The notes: generated by a model from the sequence alone, not told the origin. Positions 41,555-50,186 are shown, counted from the stretch's first letter. The stretch: DNA of 64,000 bases from an uncultured Erysipelotrichaceae bacterium (GCA_947569705.1 CANOSP010000011.1:485-64484); one strand, 5' to 3'. Numbers and translations: made by a program.

Positions 41555-41755
41555 TTTTTATCAACCCCTTCTTTATTTTAAGTTGTCTCTTATGATTAAG
41601 ATTATAGCGTAAAAATAGTAAGAAAGCTTCTTATAAAAGTTAAATCATCAGTTCTTGTTAACTTGAAGTTATTATTCTTAAAAATATATATTATAATTTT
41701 TATGAATTTAAATCCTTAAATAATTTAATCCTTTCAATCTAAGTTATCAACTCTT

Positions 41756-41791
41756 TTATCTTCTCGCTAGCATTACGACACTTTCAATATG
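41756..41791 (-). repeat. rlmD 3'-end copy R5 (HIESVVMLARR*)
   Basis: CATATTGAAAGTGTCGTAATGCTAGCGAGAAGATAA; 30/36 identical to R2. Confidence 0.85.
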
Positions 41792-41853
41792 TATCGAATG
41801 TTTGTAATTGTAAAGAATGCTTCAAATCCTTGTTGAATTATCCTATAAAAATA

Positions 41854-42085
41854 TCAGCTTCCAATGCAGGATATAGACAATACATGTATGTTATTGTTTA
41901 AAGCATAGTTTTCTTTCGTATTACATAACAGGCAAGAAAAGCCAATCGAATACCTTGATTTTTCTAACTGTTTAAAAGCCTTTACACTATCTAAATGAAA
42001 ACTAACAAATCTATATACCTCGGCAGATTTTCCGATTTGTATTTAATGCTTCTTTAATTTTAGTATTTATTGTTCTTTCAATCAC
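41854..42085 (-). pseudogene. Internally deleted remnant of a possible AAA/DUF4143-type ATPase
   Basis: RBS AGGTG + GTG gives MIERTINTKIKEALNT..; another frame gives a C-terminal-like ..DSVKAFKQLEKS..CLLCNTKENYALNNNIHVLSISCIGS*. The family call is from recollection only. Confidence 0.4.
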
Positions 42086-42204
42086 TTTTATCACCTGCTT
42101 CTACTATACCATGATTTTATGCGATTTAAAGTACAAACTTAAATTCGCATAAAAAAATGCAAGTCATATTTGTAACCTACATCTCTATTCACTGATTTGA
42201 TTTT

Positions 42205-42272
42205 TTAACTTTTTTGCAACAGTACAATGGATTCCACATGGCTTGTTACTTTTAAATGAAGCAATTACAAGT
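42205..42272 (-). repeat. rlmD 3'-end copy R4 (HVESIVLLQKS*, 42205-42240) with conserved upstream arm
   Basis: CTTGTAATTGCTTCATTTAAAAGTAACAAGC|CATGTGGAATCCATTGTACTGTTGCAAAAAAGTTAA. Confidence 0.85.
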
Positions 42273-42318
42273 ATAGTTAAAACAAATGCGCTCATCAATT
42301 TTTTTATTAGAAATTCAG

Positions 42319-43371
42319 TTACCACTTTTCCATTAAATTAAATAACGCAACATTTTTATATATAACTTCTTTACCCACTTTCTCGCTAATAACAAAACCT
42401 TGCTCCTCTAAAAGTTTTAAATATTTATTAGCCGTAGATCGTGATATATTAAATTCATTTCTTAAAAATTCATTTTTGGTATAAAACTCATAATACAAAT
42501 ATTCAACGAGTTCTTTTGAATAGATTTTAGGTAATCGCTCTCTCATTAACATTGTTGTTTGCTCCATACTATGAATGATTTCATCTATAAAGCGAATGGT
42601 AAAATCTGATGTTGCCGCAATACCTTTTAACATATAGCGAACAAATATACGAATATTTTCTTCATTATTATTGCATTCTCTTAATAAAGTATAGTATTCA
42701 TCTTTATTGTGGATGATGTATCTGCTTAAATAAAGAACCGGATATGATAGTTTATTCATCATAACTAAAAATAAAACATTTAGAATCCTTCCTGTTCTCC
42801 CATTACCATCATAAAAAGGATGTATTGTTTCAAACTGATAATGAATCACTCCCATATTAATTAACGGATCATATTCATTATCTTGATTAATATATTTTTC
42901 TAAGTTAGACAGATAATCTAGAATTTCTACTTCTGATTGCGGCGGTGTATGAAGAATCTCACCTGTTCTTGTATTCTTTATCACTGTTCCGGGTAACTTT
43001 CTAATGCCACCTTTATCAGATTCAATACAGTTTTGAATATTAATTAGAGAACGAATACTTATGAAGTCATTCCTTTTTAATTCTTCAAAGCCTAAAGAAA
43101 TAGCCTTTCGATACCTTAAAACTTCTTTTGCATTTGCTGAAATTGAACTTTCACTCGTCATTTCCTTATATATTTCATCATATGTTGTTACAATATTCTC
43201 AATTTCAGATGAGTCCTTAGCTTCTCCTAATGTAATAGCATTTAATAAGATTTGTGGGTTCGGAAGTTGGTTTATGATGCCTTTTAATTCTCCGACTTTG
43301 TTATTTGCATTTGATAACAATTTCAATGTTTCAACATCATTTAAATCTATAGATAAAGGAAGTTTAAACAT
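42319..43371 (-). CDS. Class II Fic family protein (AMPylase-like) with C-terminal HTH
   Basis: Inhibitory SSEIEN motif, canonical HPFYDGNGRTGR, C-terminal ISRSTANKYLKLLEEQG. Confidence 0.92.
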   Translation of the reverse strand: MFKLPLSIDLNDVETLKLLSNANNKVGELKGIINQLPNPQILLNAITLGEAKDSSEIENIVTTYDEIYKEMTSESSISANAKEVLRYRKAISLGFEELKRNDFISIRSLINIQNCIESDKGGIRKLPGTVIKNTRTGEILHTPPQSEVEILDYLSNLEKYINQDNEYDPLINMGVIHYQFETIHPFYDGNGRTGRILNVLFLVMMNKLSYPVLYLSRYIIHNKDEYYTLLRECNNNEENIRIFVRYMLKGIAATSDFTIRFIDEIIHSMEQTTMLMRERLPKIYSKELVEYLYYEFYTKNEFLRNEFNISRSTANKYLKLLEEQGFVISEKVGKEVIYKNVALFNLMEKW

Positions 43372-43482
43372 TCAATCACCTCGTGCGTTCATTATAACAG
43401 TTTTTACACACGTTCACAACACGTGTTTAATTTTTTTGTTTTTTTATACACGTCAATGTTCCATATATCATAAAATAGTCTT

Positions 43483-43545
43483 TTATTTCTTCTCTATCTG
43501 AAACACACTTTCCACATGGCTTATAGCTTTTAAATTGAGCAATCA
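43483..43545 (-). repeat. rlmD 3'-end copy R3 (HVESVFQIEKK*, 43483-43518) with conserved upstream arm
   Basis: TGATTGCTCAATTTAAAAGCTATAAGC|CATGTGGAAAGTGTGTTTCAGATAGAGAAGAAATAA; 43511-43545 is 34/35 identical to 44653-44687. Confidence 0.85.
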
Positions 43546-43560
43546 TAGACATAGATAGCC

Positions 43561-44499
43561 TTAAGCGTTTTCTTTTTGTAAAAAATTCATTACCAATGCA
43601 ATCATAGTTTCTTTTTCTTCCGGTTTGGATTCTGCAATCATTAAAGTAATTGCGACTAATGCACTATCACTGATTATTTTAGTATTCCCAATAAATAATG
43701 ATTGATTTTTATGCAAAAAAGCTAAAAACAAAGCTGCAGCTATCCTCTTGCATCCATCCGCAAACGGATGATCCTTTATCATAAAATAAAGCAGATTGGC
43801 AGCTTTTTCTTCTAATGTCGGATATACTTCTTGTCCAAAAACCTCTTGATACACTGCTGCAAGTATTCCCTCTACCTTACCGCTCTCTTTTTCAACTCCG
43901 AATACAGCGGTATCAAATTTCATTTGCTTAATTAAATCACAGCAGTCCTGATAAGTCAATTTTACAAGACATTTCTTTCCGTTTGGTTTTTGCAATCGCT
44001 GATGATCATAACTATCCAGCATTTCTAACGCACTAATATACTGATCTATCACTTTTAAAACAGCTTCAGCTTCAATTCCTGAAATACCTGCGATAATCTG
44101 TGATTGTACCTGCACTGTTTTTTGCAATGCGTGCATACGCTTTTCATTCACTGCATATCCTTGAATCATATATTCCTTTAGAATCTTACTTGCCCATTTA
44201 CGAAAATAGACACCGCGTTTAGACTTTACTCTATACCCTACGGAAATTATAATATCTAAAGAATAAAACGGTACTCTTTGCTTAACACCCTCAACACGCA
44301 AAAATTGCGTGTTGTTATCTCTGTCTGCTTCATTTTCTTTAAACACATTATTGATGTGTTTTCTTATGGTCTTTTCGTCACGTTTAAAAAGATCAGCCAT
44401 TTGATTAGCGCTTAACCACACGGTATCTCTCTGCGATAAAATTGTTACGTTCAGCCTAAGCTCGCCATCTTCAAAGACCACAATATCACTAACATCCAT
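43561..44499 (-). CDS. RhuM-like N-terminal domain fused to a Fic/Doc domain
   Basis: DTVWLSANQMADLF..YSLDIIISVGYRVKS..FRKWA; Doc-type HPFADGCKRIA. Confidence 0.9.
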   Translation of the reverse strand: MDVSDIVVFEDGELRLNVTILSQRDTVWLSANQMADLFKRDEKTIRKHINNVFKENEADRDNNTQFLRVEGVKQRVPFYSLDIIISVGYRVKSKRGVYFRKWASKILKEYMIQGYAVNEKRMHALQKTVQVQSQIIAGISGIEAEAVLKVIDQYISALEMLDSYDHQRLQKPNGKKCLVKLTYQDCCDLIKQMKFDTAVFGVEKESGKVEGILAAVYQEVFGQEVYPTLEEKAANLLYFMIKDHPFADGCKRIAAALFLAFLHKNQSLFIGNTKIISDSALVAITLMIAESKPEEKETMIALVMNFLQKENA

Positions 44500-44624
44500 A
44501 AGGCAATCCTCCTACACATATGAATAAAATTATTCTCTATTATATCATGAAAATCTTCTGCAAAATCATAAATAAATATTAAAATATTTTTATAACAAAT
44601 GGCGTAAAAATTTTCCTTTCTCAT

Positions 44625-44692
44625 TTATCTTCTCACTAACATTACAACACTCTCCACATGGTTTATAGCTTTTAAATTGAGCAATCACAAGC
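44625..44692 (-). repeat. rlmD 3'-end copy R2 (HVESVVMLVRR*, 44625-44660) with conserved upstream arm
   Basis: CTTGTGATTGCTCAATTTAAAAGCTATAAAC|CATGTGGAGAGTGTTGTAATGTTAGTGAGAAGATAA. Confidence 0.88.
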
Positions 44693-44916
44693 ATGGTTAT
44701 CCCTACGCATGTTCTTTCTACTTCATATTTTTGTGTTAAATATTTTATTGGTTGATCTCTCCATTTTCTTCACTTTTTCTTTTTTATACATATGTTTATT
44801 GTCTTTCCATCTTGCTTACAAAGAGCATCGATTAAAATAGCATTTAACCATGCGGCTCATTGGTCAATACCCTCGGCACTTTAAAAATAACACAAATGTA
44901 TATTGCTATCTCTGAA

Positions 44917-46128
44917 CTATGCAATTAGATATATATTCTCATTATCAAAACAAATCTGCGCGGTATGATTATAAATCTGAATCATATCTTCCATTTTATC
45001 TACAAACACTTTAGTGCCCGGATTACAAGCAGCAGCAAACTCCTTTATCGCTTTCGTTTCCATTTCGATAGCATTTTTATGTAATTGAGCACCCTTGTTT
45101 TTTAAATACTCATCGACTTGGCCTTCCTTAACTAACGGAATGCTACCAATAATTTTACCAACTGTTTTACCAGCAATTCCAATGCCTTTTACAACATTTG
45201 TATCTAAGCCAACCTTACAAATTCCCTCAAGATATAAAGAACCATTTTTGAACTGTTCTCTGTATGTATCTGATAAGTTTTTTATCTCTTCTTTGACCTT
45301 AGCTATGTACTCCTCTTTAAAATTACCACTTAGCATAATTTCCATTAATGCTCCTAACGAGTAAGTGTACAATGACAATCTATAGTACTTGAACTTTTTC
45401 TCTAAATCAGATAATATTGAGTTTACTTTACTTTGCGCAACAACAAACTGTTTTGATGAAACAATATCAGTAACTTTCTTTTGAAAAGCAATCATATTCT
45501 TTCGAGCGCGATTCTGAATATCTAAAACTAATTTATGACTGCTTGCTACTGAAAGTTTATTGTCCCAATTATATTTATAATTAGTTATGATTTCCATTAA
45601 AGATTCAACATCTGCTTCTATCTGCGATTCGTTTTCTACTTCAAGAAATGTAAGTATTTCCTTTTGCGTTTCAGCAATCTCAGCAATATCCTTTTCTATC
45701 GAATATAATGCTACCGCCATCATCATTGTTGCCGGATTGAAAGCGGCTACTGACTGTGTTGTTGCGGTTAATGGACCGGCTTCTGCAAGCTGTACCATTT
45801 TTGATCCACCCTCAGCTGTTTTCATCGCCCCCCATGCATTACCATTTTTAGCAAGCTTTAAGTTATCTCCTGCCGCTGCATTTGCTATTCTGAAAAGGCC
45901 GTTTGTTGCAAAAGTTGTCGTCTGAGTAACCTTATTTAATGACGGAATTAGCGTTGATACAACAGCACCTAACGTAGACAATTTACCGATAGGAACACTT
46001 AATGCCTTATTGCTATTGATGGATGATCTCGCATCCTCTAAAAGATCATCTGTAAGTTCTACCAGTCCGTCTGCCCTCCCCTCTATATCTATCTTGTATG
46101 TATTATTTATTTTAATTACCTCACTCAT
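44917..46128 (-). CDS. Hypothetical protein (403 aa, hydrophobic segments and coiled coil)
   Basis: RBS GGAGGT; no recognisable catalytic motif. Confidence 0.75.
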   Translation of the reverse strand: MSEVIKINNTYKIDIEGRADGLVELTDDLLEDARSSINSNKALSVPIGKLSTLGAVVSTLIPSLNKVTQTTTFATNGLFRIANAAAGDNLKLAKNGNAWGAMKTAEGGSKMVQLAEAGPLTATTQSVAAFNPATMMMAVALYSIEKDIAEIAETQKEILTFLEVENESQIEADVESLMEIITNYKYNWDNKLSVASSHKLVLDIQNRARKNMIAFQKKVTDIVSSKQFVVAQSKVNSILSDLEKKFKYYRLSLYTYSLGALMEIMLSGNFKEEYIAKVKEEIKNLSDTYREQFKNGSLYLEGICKVGLDTNVVKGIGIAGKTVGKIIGSIPLVKEGQVDEYLKNKGAQLHKNAIEMETKAIKEFAAACNPGTKVFVDKMEDMIQIYNHTAQICFDNENIYLIA

Positions 46129-46182
46129 ACTCTACCTCCCAATATTTCATTTACACCTATACACTTTATTCTTAAAATGGAC

Positions 46183-46230
46183 TTATCTACGCTTTTGTTT
46201 CCTCACTATCAGAACCGCACTTTCCACATG
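46183..46230 (-). repeat. rlmD 3'-end copy R1 (HVESAVLIVRKQKRR*)
   Basis: CATGTGGAAAGTGCGGTTCTGATAGTGAGGAAACAAAAGCGTAGATAA, starting 17 bp after the RhuM stop. Confidence 0.8.
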
Positions 46231-46247
46231 ATGACCTTTGTCCGAAC

Positions 46248-47267
46248 TCAATTCTTACCCCTTTTCTTTACTGTACTGTGAATATTTTTAATACTTTCCA
46301 AATATTCTTCTTCTACCGGCGATAAGTTCTGTACCTGATATTTCTTATATTCTTCTGTTGCTTTTTCGATTGCCTGTGCATGACTAATCGTTCCGGCCCC
46401 TTGCAACACTTTTTCACCTGTAGTTTTTAAAACATTATCAAGGTGCTCCACATAATCTGCCATATACATAGGATTGTGGCGCATAGCTTGAATCTCCGCA
46501 AAATCAAAATATCCCGATATAATATTATTTAGGATCTTTAACTCTTCATCATTGAGATAATTTTTTGCAATACTGATATCTTTTAATACAGGAAAATCAC
46601 CAGAAAAACTTTTCAATCCCATAAAAGGCTGACTGGCGTCCGCACGCCCATATATAATTTCTGCTGCTGTATGCCCATGTGCTGCATAGTGTAATTTATT
46701 TTGTACCATTTTGAAAAATGCAATAGATTCACTACTCTTGGGATCATAATCAACACTTGTTGCATAAAGATCAAGTACTTGCCGGTACATAACTTTTTCA
46801 GATGAGCGTATATCCCGAATACGGTCTAATAACTCTTTCCAGTAAGTCCCGCCACCCAAATTTTTCAGCCGTTCATCATCCATTGTAAACCCTTTTATCA
46901 TGTACTCTTTTAATCGTTCAGTAGCCCACCGACGAAAATTTGTAGCAATTTTAGACTTTATTCTGTACCCAAGCGAAATAATCATATCAAGATTATAGTG
47001 TATTGTATTATAGTTTTTCCCGTCAGCCGCAGTTGTTCGGAATTTCCGAACAACTGCATTTTCCTCTAGCTCACCCTCTTCAAAGATGTGCTTAGTATGC
47101 TCACTGATATTAGATTTACTGGTTTGATAAAGTTCACATAATTGTGCCTGTGTAAGCCAAACGGTCTCGTTTTCAAATTTAACATCTATTTTTGTCTTTC
47201 CATCTTCCGTTTGATATATGATGATTTTGCTTCCTATAATATTTAAATTATCTTTATTGTCCACCAT
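46248..47267 (-). CDS. RhuM family (virulence RhuM) protein
   Basis: ETVWLTQAQLCELY, HYNLDMIISLGYRIKS, FRRWAT, RIRDIRSSEKVMY, QNKLHYAAHGHTAAE. Confidence 0.92.
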   Translation of the reverse strand: MVDNKDNLNIIGSKIIIYQTEDGKTKIDVKFENETVWLTQAQLCELYQTSKSNISEHTKHIFEEGELEENAVVRKFRTTAADGKNYNTIHYNLDMIISLGYRIKSKIATNFRRWATERLKEYMIKGFTMDDERLKNLGGGTYWKELLDRIRDIRSSEKVMYRQVLDLYATSVDYDPKSSESIAFFKMVQNKLHYAAHGHTAAEIIYGRADASQPFMGLKSFSGDFPVLKDISIAKNYLNDEELKILNNIISGYFDFAEIQAMRHNPMYMADYVEHLDNVLKTTGEKVLQGAGTISHAQAIEKATEEYKKYQVQNLSPVEEEYLESIKNIHSTVKKRGKN

Positions 47268-47295
47268 TATTTGGCTCCTTTCTGTCTTTTAATAT

Positions 47296-47777
47296 TTATA
47301 TATTTGTAAATAATCCTCTTAAGATTTTTTCGATTTGTTCAGATTCAACTTGCCTTTTTAAATAATCAATTTTTGTCTCGATATATTTTTTATGCTTAAT
47401 CCATTCTAACCCTATTAAACTTGGAAGTAATGATTCAAGATACTCAATCCTAGCAGAATACATAGGTACCGCACTCCCCGACAACTCCAAGAAGTAGGTG
47501 TTAATGGTATTCTTTTAAAATCTTCAAACAATAGATTATTCTCAAGTAATAGCAAAATATATTCCTTCTTTCTTTCGATTTCCAATTTCGATATAACTGA
47601 ATATAGGCAATACTTTTTTGTTTCATCATTAGAGAACAACTGAATGTATTGTCGAATCCACTCGTCTTGTCTTCTCCAACACATAATCCTTAATTTCCTC
47701 ATAGGTGGCTATACTCTCCGCGGCCGTCAAATCAATTCATCCATTTCTAATTCCACATTGACATGCTTCAATTTATA
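47296..47777 (-). pseudogene. Decayed RlmD C-terminal extension fused to a frameshifted C-terminal fragment of a larger protein
   Basis: After the rlmD stop: KHVNVELEMDEL/(D)LTAAESIATYEEIKDYVLEKT with a 1-nt frameshift. It then switches to ..DEWIRQYIQLF..LTPTSWS/SGSAVPMYSARIEYLESLLP..*, with a second frameshift at about 47485. Confidence 0.6.
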
Positions 47778-49106
47778 TTATTTAAGTTTGGAAAGCAACA
47801 CGACACTTTCAACATGCTGCGTCTGCGGAAACATATCCACCGGTTGTACCGCTGCCGCATGATAACCGTACTGTTTCAATCGTTCAATATCTCTCGCTTG
47901 TGTTGCGACATCACACGACACATAAACAATTCGTTGCGGCTCCATACTTGCAATGCTTTCCAATACCTGCTCATCACACCCCTTGCGCGGCGGATCTACA
48001 ATTACAACATCAATTTTCTGATTATTATCACTCAATTCCTTCGCATAAGCTTTCGCATCAGCGCAAATAAACTGTGCATTTTCAATATGATTGCGCTCAG
48101 CGTTTTCCTTTGCGTTCTCAATAGCTTCAGGAATAATTTCAATACCGATCACCTGCTTTGCCTGCTTCGCTAAACACAAGCCGATCGTTCCGACCCCGCA
48201 ATAACAGTCCAGAACCGTCTCATTCCCGCTCAACTGCGCAAACTGCATTACTATGCGATACAGCACCTCGGTCTGCTGCGGATTCACTTGATAAAAAGAT
48301 TTCATCGCAATACGAAAGGACAAATCAAAAATTCGATCACTGATATACGGATGACCGTACAATAAAATCTCTTCCTCGCCTAAAATCACATTATCATCGC
48401 GCTGATTAATATTTAACATAACGCTTTTTATCTGCGGAACTTGTTCACACAAAAGCTGCACTAACGGTTCCCAATCCATGCCGTTCGCATCAGAGGTGAT
48501 AAAAACTACCATAACTTCATCACTGCTTCTCGCATATTTAATCAATAAATGGCGAAGTCCGCCAAGCGAATGCTTTGAACTTAAAAACCCCTTCACAATC
48601 TGTAATACACGATTCATTACAGGATGCTGAATCATACACTCATCCATATCCACCGATTCATTGGAATGTAAACGATAAAAGCCGCAGACCACTCGATCAT
48701 TCTGTAACTGAAACGGCACCTGCGCTTTGTTGCGATAATTCAATCCGTTTTCCATCATCAAAACATCAGACACTTCAGTATCAATATGAGCGATGCGTCT
48801 CATTACACCTTCTACCTGCTCCTTTTTAAAGAACGCCTGATGTTTCAAAGACATATGCTGAAGCTGACAACCGCCGCATTTACCGGCAAGCGGACACAGC
48901 GGTTCAACACGCTCTTCGTTTTTTTTCAAAAGCTGCTTTACTCTTCCGTATCCAAACTGCTTCTTCACCATTGTCACAATGATTTCTGCTTCTTCACCCA
49001 AGATTAAATTTTTCACAAATAACGGAAATCCGTCAACCTTTACCACACCAAAACCTTGATAAGTATAGCTGACACAAGTTCCTTTCACAATATCATTCTT
49101 TTTCAT
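47778..49106 (-). CDS. rlmD: 23S rRNA (uracil-5-)-methyltransferase RlmD/RumA
   Basis: CGGCQLQH Fe-S motif, YRNKAQ, FYQVN, DCYCGVGTIG, VDPPRKG, YVSCD, DMFPQTQHVESV; start after GGAGG (ORF track start 49157). Confidence 0.95.
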   Translation of the reverse strand: MKKNDIVKGTCVSYTYQGFGVVKVDGFPLFVKNLILGEEAEIIVTMVKKQFGYGRVKQLLKKNEERVEPLCPLAGKCGGCQLQHMSLKHQAFFKKEQVEGVMRRIAHIDTEVSDVLMMENGLNYRNKAQVPFQLQNDRVVCGFYRLHSNESVDMDECMIQHPVMNRVLQIVKGFLSSKHSLGGLRHLLIKYARSSDEVMVVFITSDANGMDWEPLVQLLCEQVPQIKSVMLNINQRDDNVILGEEEILLYGHPYISDRIFDLSFRIAMKSFYQVNPQQTEVLYRIVMQFAQLSGNETVLDCYCGVGTIGLCLAKQAKQVIGIEIIPEAIENAKENAERNHIENAQFICADAKAYAKELSDNNQKIDVVIVDPPRKGCDEQVLESIASMEPQRIVYVSCDVATQARDIERLKQYGYHAAAVQPVDMFPQTQHVESVVLLSKLK

Positions 49107-49125
49107 AAGCCTCCAAGAAAAAGGG

Positions 49126-50094
49126 CTATTCGCCCTCTGTCTGTTGTTTATTATCATTCGTCGGCGGATTAGAAGTATCCGGATTCAAAATTTCCTCTGC
49201 ACTTTGTTTATCCTTAGGAGTACTCAATACATCATCGACAGGCTGCTCGGCAGAAGAATTCTTCACCTTGCTTAAATGAATCTGACTCTTTTTTTCTTCC
49301 TCATTTTTAGGAATATAATTATAAGCACTGATCTCCAAATCATACATCTTAACTACCTTGTCACCGTCTTTTTTATTAGTAAAATACTTATCGACAGGAA
49401 GTTTTTCATTCACTTTGGCATAAGCATCATTCATCAGCTTTTGGATTGCATCCTGCTTTAAATCATCTTTCGCATTGATATTGATTCTTAAGGTGGCAGA
49501 CTTCAAATTGATTTCGACTGCCTCTGCGCCCTCAAAAGTCAAGCTTGACTCTAATTCCTTTAAATCTTCTTCGGTAATTTTAGGATCCAAAGCATTTTTA
49601 AAGCGTGATCCCTCTACCGGTTCAGAAGAGTTCTCACGAGAACCTAAAAATATATACAATAAGATTAAGCAAGGAATCGCAATCACACCGATGGTTACCC
49701 ACAATAAATAATTAGGTTTTTTCGCTGCCCCTTTGGGATGCTTCACCGGTGATTGAGTTGACCGCTGCTTTTTCGTCGATGTCGACTGAGGTTTTGTCAA
49801 CTTGCTTTGTGATGACGACTTACTTTGAGATGTTGACTTGGACGCTTCTTTCTTCGGTGTAGAAGCATTGCCGACAGTCTTTACACTCTTTTTCTCATTC
49901 TCTTTATTTTCAGCTTCTTTTTGTTTTTTTGAGATTGGTTTATGTTCAACAGTGTTTTGCTTACTGTCAGTACTTTTAGAAGCCTCTTTTTGACGAGATT
50001 CATCTGCCCACTGCTTCATTGTTTCCATATCGCTGTCCAGACTGTTTTGTTCTGAACCTATCGCATGTCTTTTCTTCACTTCTTGTTCTTTCAT
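49126..50094 (-). CDS. Hypothetical single-pass membrane protein with Lys/Ser-rich N-terminus
   Basis: TM YLLWVTIGVIAIPCLILLYIFL; RBS GGAG. Confidence 0.75.
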   Translation of the reverse strand: MKEQEVKKRHAIGSEQNSLDSDMETMKQWADESRQKEASKSTDSKQNTVEHKPISKKQKEAENKENEKKSVKTVGNASTPKKEASKSTSQSKSSSQSKLTKPQSTSTKKQRSTQSPVKHPKGAAKKPNYLLWVTIGVIAIPCLILLYIFLGSRENSSEPVEGSRFKNALDPKITEEDLKELESSLTFEGAEAVEINLKSATLRININAKDDLKQDAIQKLMNDAYAKVNEKLPVDKYFTNKKDGDKVVKMYDLEISAYNYIPKNEEEKKSQIHLSKVKNSSAEQPVDDVLSTPKDKQSAEEILNPDTSNPPTNDNKQQTEGE

Positions 50095-50186
50095 GCTTAT
50101 CAACTCCTGACAATCTCTAAACTCTATTTTACTAAATTATTGACAGTTTGACTATAACTTTGTGTGTTTTTTATCTGATTTTTATT

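Larger units (their letters stand above)
40900..47816 (-). mobile_element. Putative tandem cassette array / accretion island at the rlmD 3' end
   Basis: Five displaced rlmD 3' ends alternate with single co-oriented accessory genes; no recombinase gene in the window. Confidence 0.7.

Noticed and set aside
41756-47816. Repeat-spacer pattern as a CRISPR array
   Set aside because: Spacers are 0.4-1.6 kb and gene-bearing, repeats are degenerate coding-derived sequence, and there are no cas genes.
40900-49200. Local integrase/recombinase for the cassette array
   Set aside because: No ORF with tyrosine- or serine-recombinase motifs; if one exists it is outside the window or deleted.
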